Shown: positions 1-12,000 of the stretch, one piece after another
Position numbering within the stretch: the first letter of the stretch is position 1
How the letters are laid out: every line of letters begins with the position of its first letter
Assembly (NCBI GenBank): GCA_964016885.1
Contig: OZ024741.1
Span: 10,540,001-10,604,000 of the forward strand
Length of the DNA stretch: 64,000 bases
From: Eledone cirrhosa
Taxonomy: Eukaryota
Reading direction: 5' to 3'
Translations under genes and position numbers: made by a program
The notes under the pieces: generated by a model
What the model was told of the DNA's origin: nothing
The model's database searches: none
What the model saw: only the letters and a program-made list of their open reading frames with translations

Positions 1-3000
1 TAGTGGTGGAGGTGGTGGTGTTGGTGTTGTTGGTGGTGGAGGTGATAGTGGTGGAGGTGGTGGTGTTGGTGTTGTTGGTGGTGGTGGTGATAGTGGAGTT
101 GGTGGTGTTGGTGTTGTTGGTGGTGGCGGTGTTTGTGGTGGAGGTGGTGGTGTTGGTGTTGTTGGTGGTGGTGGTGATAGTGGTGGAGTTGGTGGTGTAG
201 GTGTTGTTGGTGGTGATAGTGGTGGAGGTGGTGGTGTTGGTGTTGTTGGTGGTGGTGGTGATAGTGGTGGAGGTGGTGGTGTTGGTGTCGTTGGTGGTGG
301 TGGTGATAGTGGTGGAGGTGGTAGTGTTGGTGTCGTTGGTGGTGGTGGTGATAGTGGTGGAGGTGGTGGTGTTGGTGTTGTTGGTGGTGATAGTGGTGGA
401 GGTGGTAGTGTTGGTGTCGTTGGTGGTGGTGGTGATAGTGGTGGAGGTGGTGGTGTTGGTGTCGTTGGTGGTGGTGGTGATAGTGGTAGAGGTGGTGGTG
501 TTGGTGTTGTTTGTGGTGGAGGTGATAGTGGTGGAGGTGGTGGTGTTGGTGTTGTTGGTGGTGGAGGTGATAGTGGTGGAGGTGGTGGTGTTGGTGTCGT
601 TGGTGTTGGTGGTGATACTGGTGGAGGTGGTGGTGTTGGTGTTGTTGGTGGTGGTGGTGATAGTGGTGGAGGTGGTGGTGTTGGTGTCGTTGGTGGTGGT
701 GGTGATAGTGGTGGAGGTGGTGGTGTTGGTGTTGTTGGTGGTGGAGGTGATAGAGGTGGAGGTGGTGGTGTTGGTGTTGTTGGTGGTGGTGGTGATAAGG
801 GTGGAGGTGGTGGTGTTGGTGTCGTTGGTGGTGGTGGTGATAGTGGTGGAGGTGGTGGTGTTGGTGTTGTTGGTGGTGGTGGTGATAGTGGTGGAGGAGG
901 TAGTGTTGGTGTTGTTGGTGGTGGTGGTGATAGTGGTGGAGGGGGTAGTGTTGGTGTTGTTGGTTGTGGTGGTGATAGTGGTGAAGGTGGTGGTGTTGGT
1001 GTTGTTGGTGGTGGTGGTGATAGTGCTGGAGGTGGTGGTGTTGGTGTTGTTGGTGGTGGAGGTGATAGTGGTGGAGGTGGTGGTGTTGGTGTTGTTGGTG
1101 GTGGTGGTGATAGTGGTGGTGGTGGTGGTGTTGGTGTCGTTGGTGGTGGTGGTGGTGTTGGTGTCGTTGGTGGTGGTGGTGATAGTGGTGGAGGTTGTGG
1201 TGTTGGTGTCGTTGGTGGTGGTGGTGATAGTGGTGGTGGTGGTGGTGTTGGTGTCGTTGGTGGTGGTGGTGATAGTGGTGGAGAGGGTAGTGTTGGTGTT
1301 GTTGGTGGTGGAGGTGATAGTGGTGGAGGTGGTGGTGTTTGTGTCGTTGGTGGTGATAGTGGTGGAGGTGGTGGTGTTGGTGTTGTTGGTGGTGGTGGTG
1401 ATAGTGGTGGAGGTGGTGGTGTTGGTGTTGTTGGTTGTGGTGGTGATAGTGGTGGAGGTGGAGGTGTTGGTGTTGTTGGTGGTGGGGGTGATAGTGGTGG
1501 AGGTGGTGGTGTTGGTGTTGTTGGTGGTGGTGGTTATAGTGGTGGAGGTCGTTGTGTTGGTGTTGTTGGTGGTGGTGGTGATAGTGGTGGAGATGATGGT
1601 GTTGGTGTTGTTGGTGGTGGTGGTGATAGTGGTGGAGGGGGTAGTGTTGGTGTTGTTGTTGGTGGTGGTGATAGTGGTGGAGGTGGTGGTGTTGGTGTTG
1701 TTGGTGGTGATAGTGGTGGAGGTGGGATTGTTGGTGTCGTTGGTGGTGGTGGTGGTGGTGGTGATAGTGGTGGAGGTGGTGGTGTTGGGGTTGTTGTTGG
1801 TGGTGGTGGTAGTGGTGTTGGTGTTGTTGGTGGTGGTGTTGATAGTGGTAGAGGTGGTGGTGTTGGTGTTGTTGGTGGTGGTGGTGATAGTGGTGGAGGT
1901 CGTTGTGTTGGTGTTGTTGGTGGTGGTGGTGATAGTGGTGGAGTTGATGTTGTTGGTGTTGTTGGTGGTGGTGGTGATAGTGGTGGAGGAGGTAGTGTTG
2001 GTGTTGGTGGTGGTGGTGATAGTGGAGGAGGTGGAGGTGTTGGTGTTGTTGGTGGTGATAGTGGTGGAGGTGGATTGTGTTGGTGTCGTTGGTGGTGGTG
2101 GTGATGGTGGTGATAGTGGTGGAGGTGGTGGTGTTGGTGTTGTTGGTGGTGGTGGTGATAGTGGTGGAGGTGGTGGTGTTGGTGTTGATCATGGTGGTGG
2201 TGGTGATAGTGGTGGAGGTGGTGGTGTTGGTGTTGTTGGTGGTGATAGTGGTGGTGGTGGATTGTGTTGGTGTCATTGGTGGTGGTGGTGGTGGTGGTGA
2301 TAGTGGTGGAGGTGGTGGTGTTGGTGTTGTTGGTGGTGGTGGTGATAGTGGTGGAGGTGGTGGTGTTGGTGTTGTTGGTGGTGGTGGTGATAGTGGTTGA
2401 GGGGGTAGTGTTGGTGTTGTTGGTGGTGGTGGTGATAGTGGTGGAGGTGGTGGTGTTGGTGTTGATGGTGGTGGTGGTGGTGATAGTGGTGGAGGTGGTG
2501 GTGTTGGTGTTGTTGGTGGTGATAGTGGTGGTGGTGGATTGTGTTGGTGTCATTGGTGGTGGTGGTGGTGGTGGTGATAGTGGTGGAGGTGGTGGTGTTG
2601 GTGTTGTTGGTGGTGGTGGTGTTGGTGTTGTTGGTGGTGGTGGTGGTGATTGTAGTGGAGCGGGTAGTGTTGGTGTTGTTGGTGGTGGTGGTGATAGTGG
2701 TGGAGGTGGTGGTGTTGGTGTCGTTGGTGGTGGTGGTGATAGTGGTGGAGGTGGTGGTGTTGGTGTTGGTGGTGGTGGTGATAGTGGTGGAGGTGGTGGT
2801 GTTGGTGTTGTTGGTGGTGGTGGTGATAGTGGTGGAGGCGGTGGTGTTGGTGTTGTTGTTGGTGGAGGTGATAGTGGTGGAGAGGGTAGTGTTGGTGTTG
2901 TTGGTGGTGGAGGTGATAGTGTTGGAGGTGGTGGTGTTGGTGTTGTTGGTGGTGGTGGTGATAGTGGTGGAGGTGGTGATAGTGGTGGAGGTGGTGGTGT

Positions 3001-6000
3001 TGGTGTTGTTGGTGGTGGTGGTGATAGTGGTGGTGGTGGTGGTGTTGGTGTCGTTGGTGGTGGTGGTGATAGTGGTGGAGGTGGTGGTGTTGGTGTTGTT
3101 GGTGGTGGTGGTGATAGTGGTGGAGAGGGTAGTGTTGGTGTTGTTGGTGGCGGAGGTGATAGTGGTGGAGGTGGTGGTGTTGGTGTTGTTGGTGGTGGTG
3201 GTGATAGTGGTGGAGGTGGTGATAGTGGTGGAGGTGGTGGTGTTGGTGTTGTTGGTGGTGGTGGTGATAGTGGTGGTGGTGGTGGTGTTGGTGTCGTTGG
3301 TGGTGGTGGTGATAGTGGTGGAGGTGGTGGTGTTGGTGTTGTTGGTGGTGGTGGTGATAGTGGTGGAGAGGGTAGTGTTGGTGTTGTTGGTGGTGGAGGT
3401 GATAGTGGTGGAGGTGGTGGTGTTGGTGTTGTTGGTGGTGGTGGTGATAGTGGTGGAGGTGGTGATAGTGGAGGAGGTGGTGGTGTTGGTGTCGTTGGTG
3501 GTGGTGGTGATAGTGGTGGTGGTGGTGGTGTTGGTGTCGTTGGTGGTGGTGGTGATAGTGTTGGAGGTGGTGGTGTTGGTGTTGTTGGTGGTGATAGTGG
3601 TGGAGGTGGTGGTGTTGGTGTTGTTGGTGGTGGTGGTGATAGTGGTGGAGGTGGTGGTGTTGGTGTCGTTGGTGTTGGTGGTGATACTGGTGGAGGTGGT
3701 GGTGTTGGTGTTGTTGGTGGTGGTGGTGATAGTGGTGGAGGTGGTGGTGTTGGTGTCGTTGGTGGTGGTGGTGATAGTGGTGGAGGTGGTGGTGTTGGTG
3801 TTGTTGGTGGTGGAGGTGATAGAGGTGGAGGTGGTGGTGTTGGTGTTGTTGGTGGTGGTGGTGATAGTGGTGGAGGGGGTAGTGTTGGTGTCGTTGGTGT
3901 TGGTGGTGATACTGGTGGAGGTGGTGGTGTTGGTGTTGTTGGTGGTGGTAGTGATAGAGGTGGAGGTGGTGTTGTTGGTGTCGTTGGTGGTGGTGGTGAT
4001 AGTGGTGGAGGTGGTGGTGTTGGTGTTGTTGGTGGTGGTGGTGATAGTGGTGGAGGGGGTAGTGTTGGTGTTGTTGGTGGTGGTGGTGATAGTGGTGGAG
4101 GTGGTGGTGTTGGTGTTGTTGGTGGTGATAGTGGTGGAGGTGGGAGTGTTGGTGTCGTTGGTGGTGGTGGTGGTGGTGGTGATAGTGGTGGAGGTGGTGG
4201 TGTTGGTGTTGTTGTTGTTGGTGGTGGTGGTGGTGTTGGTGTTGTTGGTGGTGGTGTTGATAGTGGTAGAGGTGGTGGTGTTGGTGTTGTTGGTGGTGGT
4301 GGTGATAGTGGTGGTGGTGGTGATGTTGGTGTCGTTGGTGGTGGTGGTGATAGTGGTGGTGGTGGTGGTGGTGGTGTCGTTGGTGGTGGTGGTGATAGTG
4401 GTGGAGGTGGTGGTGTTGGTGTTGTTGGTGGTGGTGGTGGTAGTGGTGGAGGTGGTGGTGTTGGTGTTGATGGTGGTGGTGATAGAGGTGGAGGTGGTGG
4501 TGTTGGTGTTGTTGGTGGTGATAGTGGTGGTGGTGGATTGTGTTGGTGTCATTGGTGGTGGTGGTGGTGGTGGTGGTGGTGATAGTGATGGAGGTGGTGG
4601 TGATGGTGTTGTTGGTGGTGGTGGTGATAGTGGTGGAGGTGGTGGTGTTGGTGTTGTTGGTGGTGGTGGTGATAGTGGTGGAGGGGGTAGTGTTGGTGTT
4701 GTTGGTGGTGGTGGTGATAGTGGTGGAGGTGGTGGTGTTGGTGTTGTTGGTGGTGATAGTGGTGGAGGTGGGAGTGTTGGTGTCGTTGGTGGTGGTGGTG
4801 GTGGTGGTGATAGTGGTGGAGGTGGTGGTGTTGGTGTTGTTGGTGGTGGTGGTGGTGGTGGTGGTGTTGGTGTTGTTGGTGGTGGTGTTGATAGTGGTAG
4901 AGGTGGTGGTGTTGGTGTTGTTGGTGGTGGAGGTGATAGTGGTGGAGGTCGTTGTGTTGGTGTTGTTGGTGGTGGTGGTGATAGTGGTGGAGGAGGTAGT
5001 GTTGGTGGTGGTGGTGGTGGTGATAGTGGTGGAGGTGGAGGTGTTGGTGTTGGTGTTGTTGGTGGTGATAGTGGTGGAGGTGGATTGTGTTGGTGTCGTT
5101 GGTGGTGGTGGTGATAGTGGTGGAGGTGGTGGTGTTGGTGTTGTTGGTGGTGGTGGTGATAGTGGTGGAGGTGGTGGTGTTGGTGTTGATGGTGGTGGTG
5201 GTGGTGATAGTGGTGGAGGTGGTGGTGTTGGTGTTGTTGGTGGTGGTGGTGATAGTGGTGGTGGTGGTGGTGTTGGTGTCGTTGGTGGTGGTGGTGATAG
5301 TGGTGGAGGTGGTGGTGTTGGTGTTGTTGGTGGTGATAGTGGTGGAGGGGGTGGTGTTGGTGTTGTTGGTGGTGGTGGTGATAGTGGAGGAGGTGGTGGT
5401 GTTAGTGTCGTTGGTGGTGGTGGTGATAGTGGTGGTGGTGGTGGTGTTGGTGTCGTTGGTGGTGGTGGTGATAGTGGTGGAGGTGGTGGTGTTGGTGTTG
5501 TTGGTGGTGATAGTGGTGGAGGGGGTGGTGTTGGTGTTGTTGGTGGTGGTGGTGATAGTGGTGGAGGTGGTGGTGTTGGTGTCGTTGGTGGTGATACTGG
5601 TGGAGGTGGTGGTGTTGGTGTCATTGGTGGTGGTGGTAATAGTGGTGGAGGTGGTGGTTTTGGTGTCGTTGTTGGTGGTGGTGATAGTGGTGGAGGTGGT
5701 TGTGTTGGTGTTGTTGGTGGTGTTGGTGGTGATAGTGGTGGAGGTGGTGGTGTTGGTGCTGTTGGTGGTGGTGATGATAGTGGTGGAGGTGGTGGTGTTG
5801 GTGGTAGTGGTGGAGGTGGTGATAGTGGTGGAGGTGGTGGTGTTGGTGTTGTTGGTGGTGGAGGTGGTGTTGGTGTCGTTGGTGGTGGTGGTGATAGTGG
5901 TGGAGGTGGTGGTGTTGGTGTCGTTGGTGGTGGTGGTGATAGTGGTGGAGGTGGTGGTGTTGGTGTTGTTGGTGGTGATAGTGGTGGAGGTGGTGGTGTT

Positions 6001-9000
6001 GGTGTCGTTGGTGGTGGTGGTGATAGTGGTGGAGGTGGTGGTGTTGGTGTTGTTGGTGGCGGTGGTGATAGTGGTGGAGGTGGTGGTGTAGGTGTCGTTG
6101 GTGGTGGTGGAGATAGTGGTGGAGGTGGTGGTGTTGGTGTTGTTGGTGGTGGTAGTGATAGTGGTGGAGTTGGTGTTGTTGTTGGTGGTGGTGGTGTTGG
6201 TGTTGTGTGTGGTGGTGGTGATAGTGGTGGTGGTGGTGGTGTTGGTGTCGTTGGTGGTGGTGGTGATAGTGGTGATAGTGGTGGTGGTGGTGGTGTTGGT
6301 GTCGTTGGTGGTGGTGGTGATAGTGGTGGAGGTGGTAGTGTTGGTGTTGTTGGTGGTGATAGTGGTGGAGGTGGTGGTGTTGGTGTTGTTGGTGGTGATA
6401 GTGGTGGAGGTGGTGGTGTTGGTGTTGTTGGTGGTGATAGTGGTGGAGGTGGTGGTGTTGGTGTTGTTGGTGGTGGAGGTGATATTGGTGGAGGTGGTGG
6501 TGTTGGTGTTGTTGGTGGTGGAGGTGATAGTGGTGGAGGTGGTTGTGTTGGTGGTAGTGGTGGTGGTTGTGATAGTGGTGGAGGTGGTGGTGTTCGTGTT
6601 GTTGGTGGTGGAGGTGGTGTTGGTGTCGTTGGTGGTTGTGGTAATAGTGGTGGAGGTGGTGGTGTTGGTGTTGTTGGTGGTGGTGGTGATAGTGGTGGAG
6701 GTGGTGGTGCTGGTGTTGTTGGTGGTGGTGGTGATAGTGGTGGAGGGGGTAGTGTCGGTGTTGTTGGTGGTGGTGGTAGGTGTTGTTGGTGGTGGTGGTG
6801 ATAGTGGTGGAGGTGGAGGTGTTGGTGTTGTTGGTGGTGGTGGTGATAGTGGTGGAGGGGGTATTGTTGGTGTTGTTGGTGGTGGTGGTGATAGTGGTGG
6901 AGGGGGTAGTGTTGGTGTTGTTGGTGGTGGTGGTGATAGTGGTGGAGGTGTTGGTGTTGGTGTTGTTGGTGGTGGTGGTGATAGTGGTGGAGGTGGTGGT
7001 GTTGGTGTCGTTGGTGGTGGTGGTGATAGTGGTGGTGGTGGTGGTGTTGGTGTTGTTGGTGGTGGTGGTGATAGTGGTGGTGGTGGTGGTGATAGTGGTG
7101 GAGGTGGTGGTGTAGGTGTCGTTGGTGGTGGTGGTGATAGTGTTGGAGGTGGTGGTGTTGGTGTTGTTGGTGGTGGTAGTGATAGTGGTGGAGTTGGTGT
7201 TGTTGGTGGTGGTGGTGATAGTGGTGGAGGTGGTGGTGTAGGTGTCGTTGGTGGTGGTGGTGATAGTGGTGGTGGTGGTGGTGTTGGTGTTGTTGGTGGT
7301 GGTGGTGATAGTGGTGGTGGTGGTGGTGTTGGTGTCGTTGGTGGTGGTGTTGGTGTTGGTGTTGTTGGTGGTGGTGGTGATAGTGGTGGTGGTGGTGGTG
7401 TTGGTGTCGTTGGTGGCGTTGGTGATAGTGGTGAAGGTGGTGGTGTTGGTGTTGTTGGTGGTGGTGGTGATAGTGGTGGTGGTGGTGGTGTTGGTGTAGT
7501 TGGTGGTGGTGGTGATAGTGGTGGAGGTGGTGGTGTTGGTGTTGTTGGTGGTGGTGGTGATAGTGGTGGTGGTGGTGGTGTTGGTGTTGTTGGTGGTGGT
7601 GGTGATAGTGGTGGTGGTGGTGGTGTTGGTGTTGTTGGTGGTGGTGGTGATAGTGGTGGTGGTGGTGGTGTTGGTGTTGTTGGTGGTGGTGGTGATAGTG
7701 GTGGAGGTGGTGGTGTTGGTGTTGTTGGTGGTGGAGGTGATAGTGGTGGAGGTGGTGGTGTTGGTGTTGTTGGTGGTGGTGGTGATAATGGTGGTGGTGG
7801 TGGTGTTGGTGTTGTTGGTGGTGGTGGTGATAGTGGTGGTGGTGGTGGTGTTGGTGTCGTTGGTGGTGGTGGTGATAGTGGTGATAGTGGTGGTGGTGGT
7901 GGTGTTGGTGTCGTTGGTGGTGGTGGTGATAGTGGTGGAGGTGGTAGTGTTGGTGTTGTTGGTGGTGATAGTGGTGGAGGTGGTGGTGTTGGTGTTGTTG
8001 GTGGTGATAGTGGTGGAGGTGGTGGTGTTGGTGTTGTTGGTGGTGATAGTGGTGGAGGTGGTGGTGTTGGTGTTGTTGGTGGTGGAGGTGATATTGGTGG
8101 AGGTGGTGGTGTTGGTGTTGTTGGTGGTGGAGGTTATAGTGGTGGAGGTGGTGGTGTTGGTGGTAGTGGTGGTGGTTGTGATAGTGGTGGAGGTGGTGGT
8201 GTTCGTGTTGTTGGTGGTGGAGGTGGTGTTGGTGTCGTTGGTGGTTGTGGTAATAGTGGTGGAGGTGGTGGTGTTGGTGTTGTTGGTGGTGGTGGTGATA
8301 TTGGTGGAGGTGGTGGTGCTGGTGTTGTTGGTGGTGGTGGTGATAGTGGTGGAGGGGGTAGTGTTGGTGTTGTTGGTGGTGGTGGTGATAGTGGTGGAGG
8401 TGGTGGTGTTGTTGGTGGTGGTGGTGATAGTGGTGGCGGGGGTAGTGTTGGTGTTGTTGGTGGTGGTGGTGATAGTGGTGGAGGTGGTGGTGTTAGTGTT
8501 TTTGGTGGTGGTGGTGATAGTGGTGGAGGTGGAGGTGTTGGTGTTGTTGGTGGTGGTGGTGATAGTGGTGGAGGGGGTAGTGTTGGTGTTGTTGGTGGTG
8601 GTGGTGATAGTGGTGGAGGTGTTGGTGTTGGTGTTGTTGGTGGTGGTGGTGATAGTGGTGGAGGTGGTGGTGTTGGTGTCGTTGGTGGTGGTGGTGATAG
8701 TGGTGGTGGTGGTGGTGTTGGTGTTGTTGGTGGTGGTGGTGATAGTGGTGGTGGTGGTGGTGTTGGTGTCGTTGGTGGTGGTGGTGGTGTTGGTGTTGTT
8801 GGTGGTGGTGGTGATAGTGATGGTGGTGGTGGTGTTGGTGTCGTTGGTGGTGGTGGTGATAGTGGTGGTGGTGGTGGTGTTGGTGTTGTTGGTGGTGTTG
8901 GTGATAGTGGTGGTGGTGGTGGTGTTGGTGTCGTTGGTGGTGGTGGCGATAGTGGTGGAGGTGGTGGTGTTGGTGTCGTTGGTGGTGGTGGTGATAGTGG

Positions 9001-12000
9001 TGGTGGTGGTCGTGTTGGTGTCGTTGGTGGCGCTGGTGATAGTGGTGAAGGTGGTGGTGTTGGTGTTGTTGGTGGTGGTGGTGATAGTGGTGGAGGTGGT
9101 GGTGTTGGTGTTGTTGGTGCTGGTGGTGATATTGGTGGAGGTGGTGGTGTTGGTGTTGTTGGTGGTGATGGTGATAGTGGTGGTGGTGGTGGTGTTGGTG
9201 TTGTTGTTGGTGGTGGTGATAGTGGTGGTGGTGGTGGTGTTGGTGTCGTTGGTGGTGGTGGTGGTGTTGGTGTTGTTGGTGGTGGTGGTGATAGTGGTGG
9301 TGGTGGTGGTGTTGGTGTCGTTGGTGGAGGTGGTGATAGTGGTGGAGGTGGTGGTGTTGGTGTTGTTGGTGGTGATAGTGGTGGAGGTGGTGGTGTTGGT
9401 GTTGTTGGTGGTGGTGGTGATAGTGGTGGAGGTGGTGGTGTTGGTGTCGTTGGTGGTGATAGTGGTCGAGGTGGTGGTGTTGGTGTCGTTGGTGGTTGTG
9501 GTAATAGTGGTGGAGTTGGTGGTGTTGGTGTTGTTGGTGGTGGAGGTGATATTGGTGGAGGTGGTGGTGTTGGTGGTAGTTGTGGTGGTTGTGATAGTGG
9601 TGGAGGTGGTGGTGTTCGTGTTGTTGGTGGTGGAGGTGGTGTTGGTGTCGTTGGTGGTTGTGGTAATAGTGGTGGAGGTGGTGGTGTTGGTGTTGTTGGT
9701 GGTGGTGGTGATTGTGGTGGAGGTGGTAGTGTTGGTGTTGTTGGTGGTGGTGGTGATAGTGGTGGAGGTGGTGGTGTTGGTGTTGTTGGTGGTGGTGGTG
9801 ATAGTGGTGGAGGAGGTAGTGTTGGTGTTGTTGGTGGTGGTGGTGATAGTGGTGGAGGTGATGGTGTTGGTGTCGTTGGTGGTGGTGGTGATAGTGGTGG
9901 AGGTGGTGGTGTAGGTGTTGGTGGTGGTGGTGATAGTGGTGGAGGTGGTGGTGTTGGTGTTGTTGGTGGTGATAGTGGTGGAGGTGGGAGTGTTGGTGTC
10001 GTTGGTGGTAGTGGTGGAGGTGGTGATAGTGGTGGAGGTGGTGGTGTTGGTGTTGTTGGTGGTGGAGGTGGTGTTGGTGTCGTTGGTGGTGGTGGTGATA
10101 GTGGTGGAGGTGGTGGTGTTGGTGTCGTTGGTGGTGGTGGTGATAGTGGTGGAGGTGGTGGTGTTGGTGTTGTTGGTGGTGATAGTGGTGGAGGTGGTGG
10201 TGTTGGTGTCGTTGGTGGTGGTGGTGATAGAGGTGGAGGTGGTGGTGTTGGTGTTGTTGGTGGTGATAGTGGTGGTGGTGGATTGTGTTGGTGTCATTGG
10301 TGGTGGTGGTGGTGGTGGTGGTGGTGATAGTGATGGAGGTGGTGGTGATGGTGTTGTTGGTGGTGGTGGTGATAGTGGTGGAGGTGGTGGTGTTGGTGTT
10401 GTTGGTGGTGGTGGTGATAGTGGTGGAGGGGGTAGTGTTGGTGTTGTTGGTGGTGGTGGTGATAGTGGTGGAGGTGGTGGTGTTGGTGTTGTTGGTGGTG
10501 ATAGTGGTGGAGGTGGGAGTGTTGGTGTCGTTGGTGGTGGTGGTGGTGGTGGTGATAGTGGTGGAGGTGGTGGTGTTGGTGTTGTTGGTGGTGGTGGTGG
10601 TGGTGGTGGTGTTGGTGTTGTTGGTGGTGGTGTTGATAGTGGTAGAGGTGGTGGTGTTGGTGTTGTTGGTGGTGGAGGTGATAGTGGTGGAGGTCGTTGT
10701 GTTGGTGTTGGTGGTGGTGGTGATAGTGGTGGAGGAGGTAGTGTTGGTGTTGGTGGTGGTGGTGATAGTGGTGGAGGTGGAGGTGTTGGTGTTGGTGTTG
10801 TTGGTGGTGATAGTGGTGGAGGTGGATTGTGTTGGTGTCGTTGGTGGTGGTGGTGATAGTGGTGGAGGTGGTGGTGTTGGTGTTGTTGGTGGTGGTGGTG
10901 ATAGTGGTGGAGGTGGTGGTGTTGGTGTCGTTGGTGGTGGTGGTGATAGTGGTGGAGGGGGTAGTGTTGGTATTGTTGGTGGTGGCGGTGATAGTGGTGG
11001 AGGTGGTGGTGTTGGTGTTGTTGGTGGTGGTGGTGATAGTGGTGGAGGTGGTGGTGTTGTTGTCGTTGGTGGTGGTGGCGATAGTGGTGGAGGGGGTAGT
11101 GTTGGTATTGTTGGTGGTGGCGGTGATAGTGGTGGAGGTGGTGGTGTTGGTGTTGTTGGTGGTGGTGGTGATAGTGGTGGAGGTGGTGATGTTGGTGTTG
11201 TTGTTGGTGGTGGTGGTGGTGTTGGTGTCGTTGGTTGTGATAGTGGTGGAGGTGGTGGTGTTGGTGTTGTTGTTGGTGGAGGTGGTGGTGTTGTTGTCGT
11301 TGGTGGTGGTGGTGATAGTGGTGGAGGGGGTAGTGTTGGTATTGTTGGTGGTGGCGGTGATAGTGGTGGAGGTGGTGGTGTTGGTGTTGTTGGTGGTGGA
11401 GGTGATAGTGGTGGAGGTGGTGGTGTTGGTGTTGTTGGTGGTGGTGGTGATAGTGGAGTTGGTGGTGTTGGTGTTGTTGGTGGTGGTGGTGATAGTGTTG
11501 GAGGGGGTAGTGTTGGTGTTGTTGGTGGTGGTGGTGATAGTGGTGGAGTTGGTGGTGTTGGTGTTGTTGGTGGTGGACGTGATAGTGGTGGAGGTGGTGG
11601 TGTTGGTGTTGTTGGTGGTGGTGATAGTGGTGGTGGTGGTGGTGTTGGTGTCGTTGGTGGTGGTGGTGATAGTGGTGGTGGTGGTGGTGTTGGTGTCGTT
11701 GGTGGTGGTGGTGATAGTGGTGGTGGTGGTGGTGTTGGTGTCGTTGGTGGCGGTGGTGATAGTGGTGGAGGTGGTGGTGTTGCTGTTGTTGGTGGTGGTG
11801 GTGATAGTGGTGGTGGTGGTGGTGGTGTTGGTGTTGTTGGTGGTGGTGGTGATAGGGGTGGAGGTGGTGGTGTTGGTGTTGTTGGTGGTGGCGGTGATAG
11901 TGGTGGTGGTGTTGATGTCGTTGGTGGTGGTGGTGATAGTGGTGGAGGTGGTGGTGTTGGTGTTGTTGGTGGTGGTGGTGATAGTGGTGGTGGTGGTGGT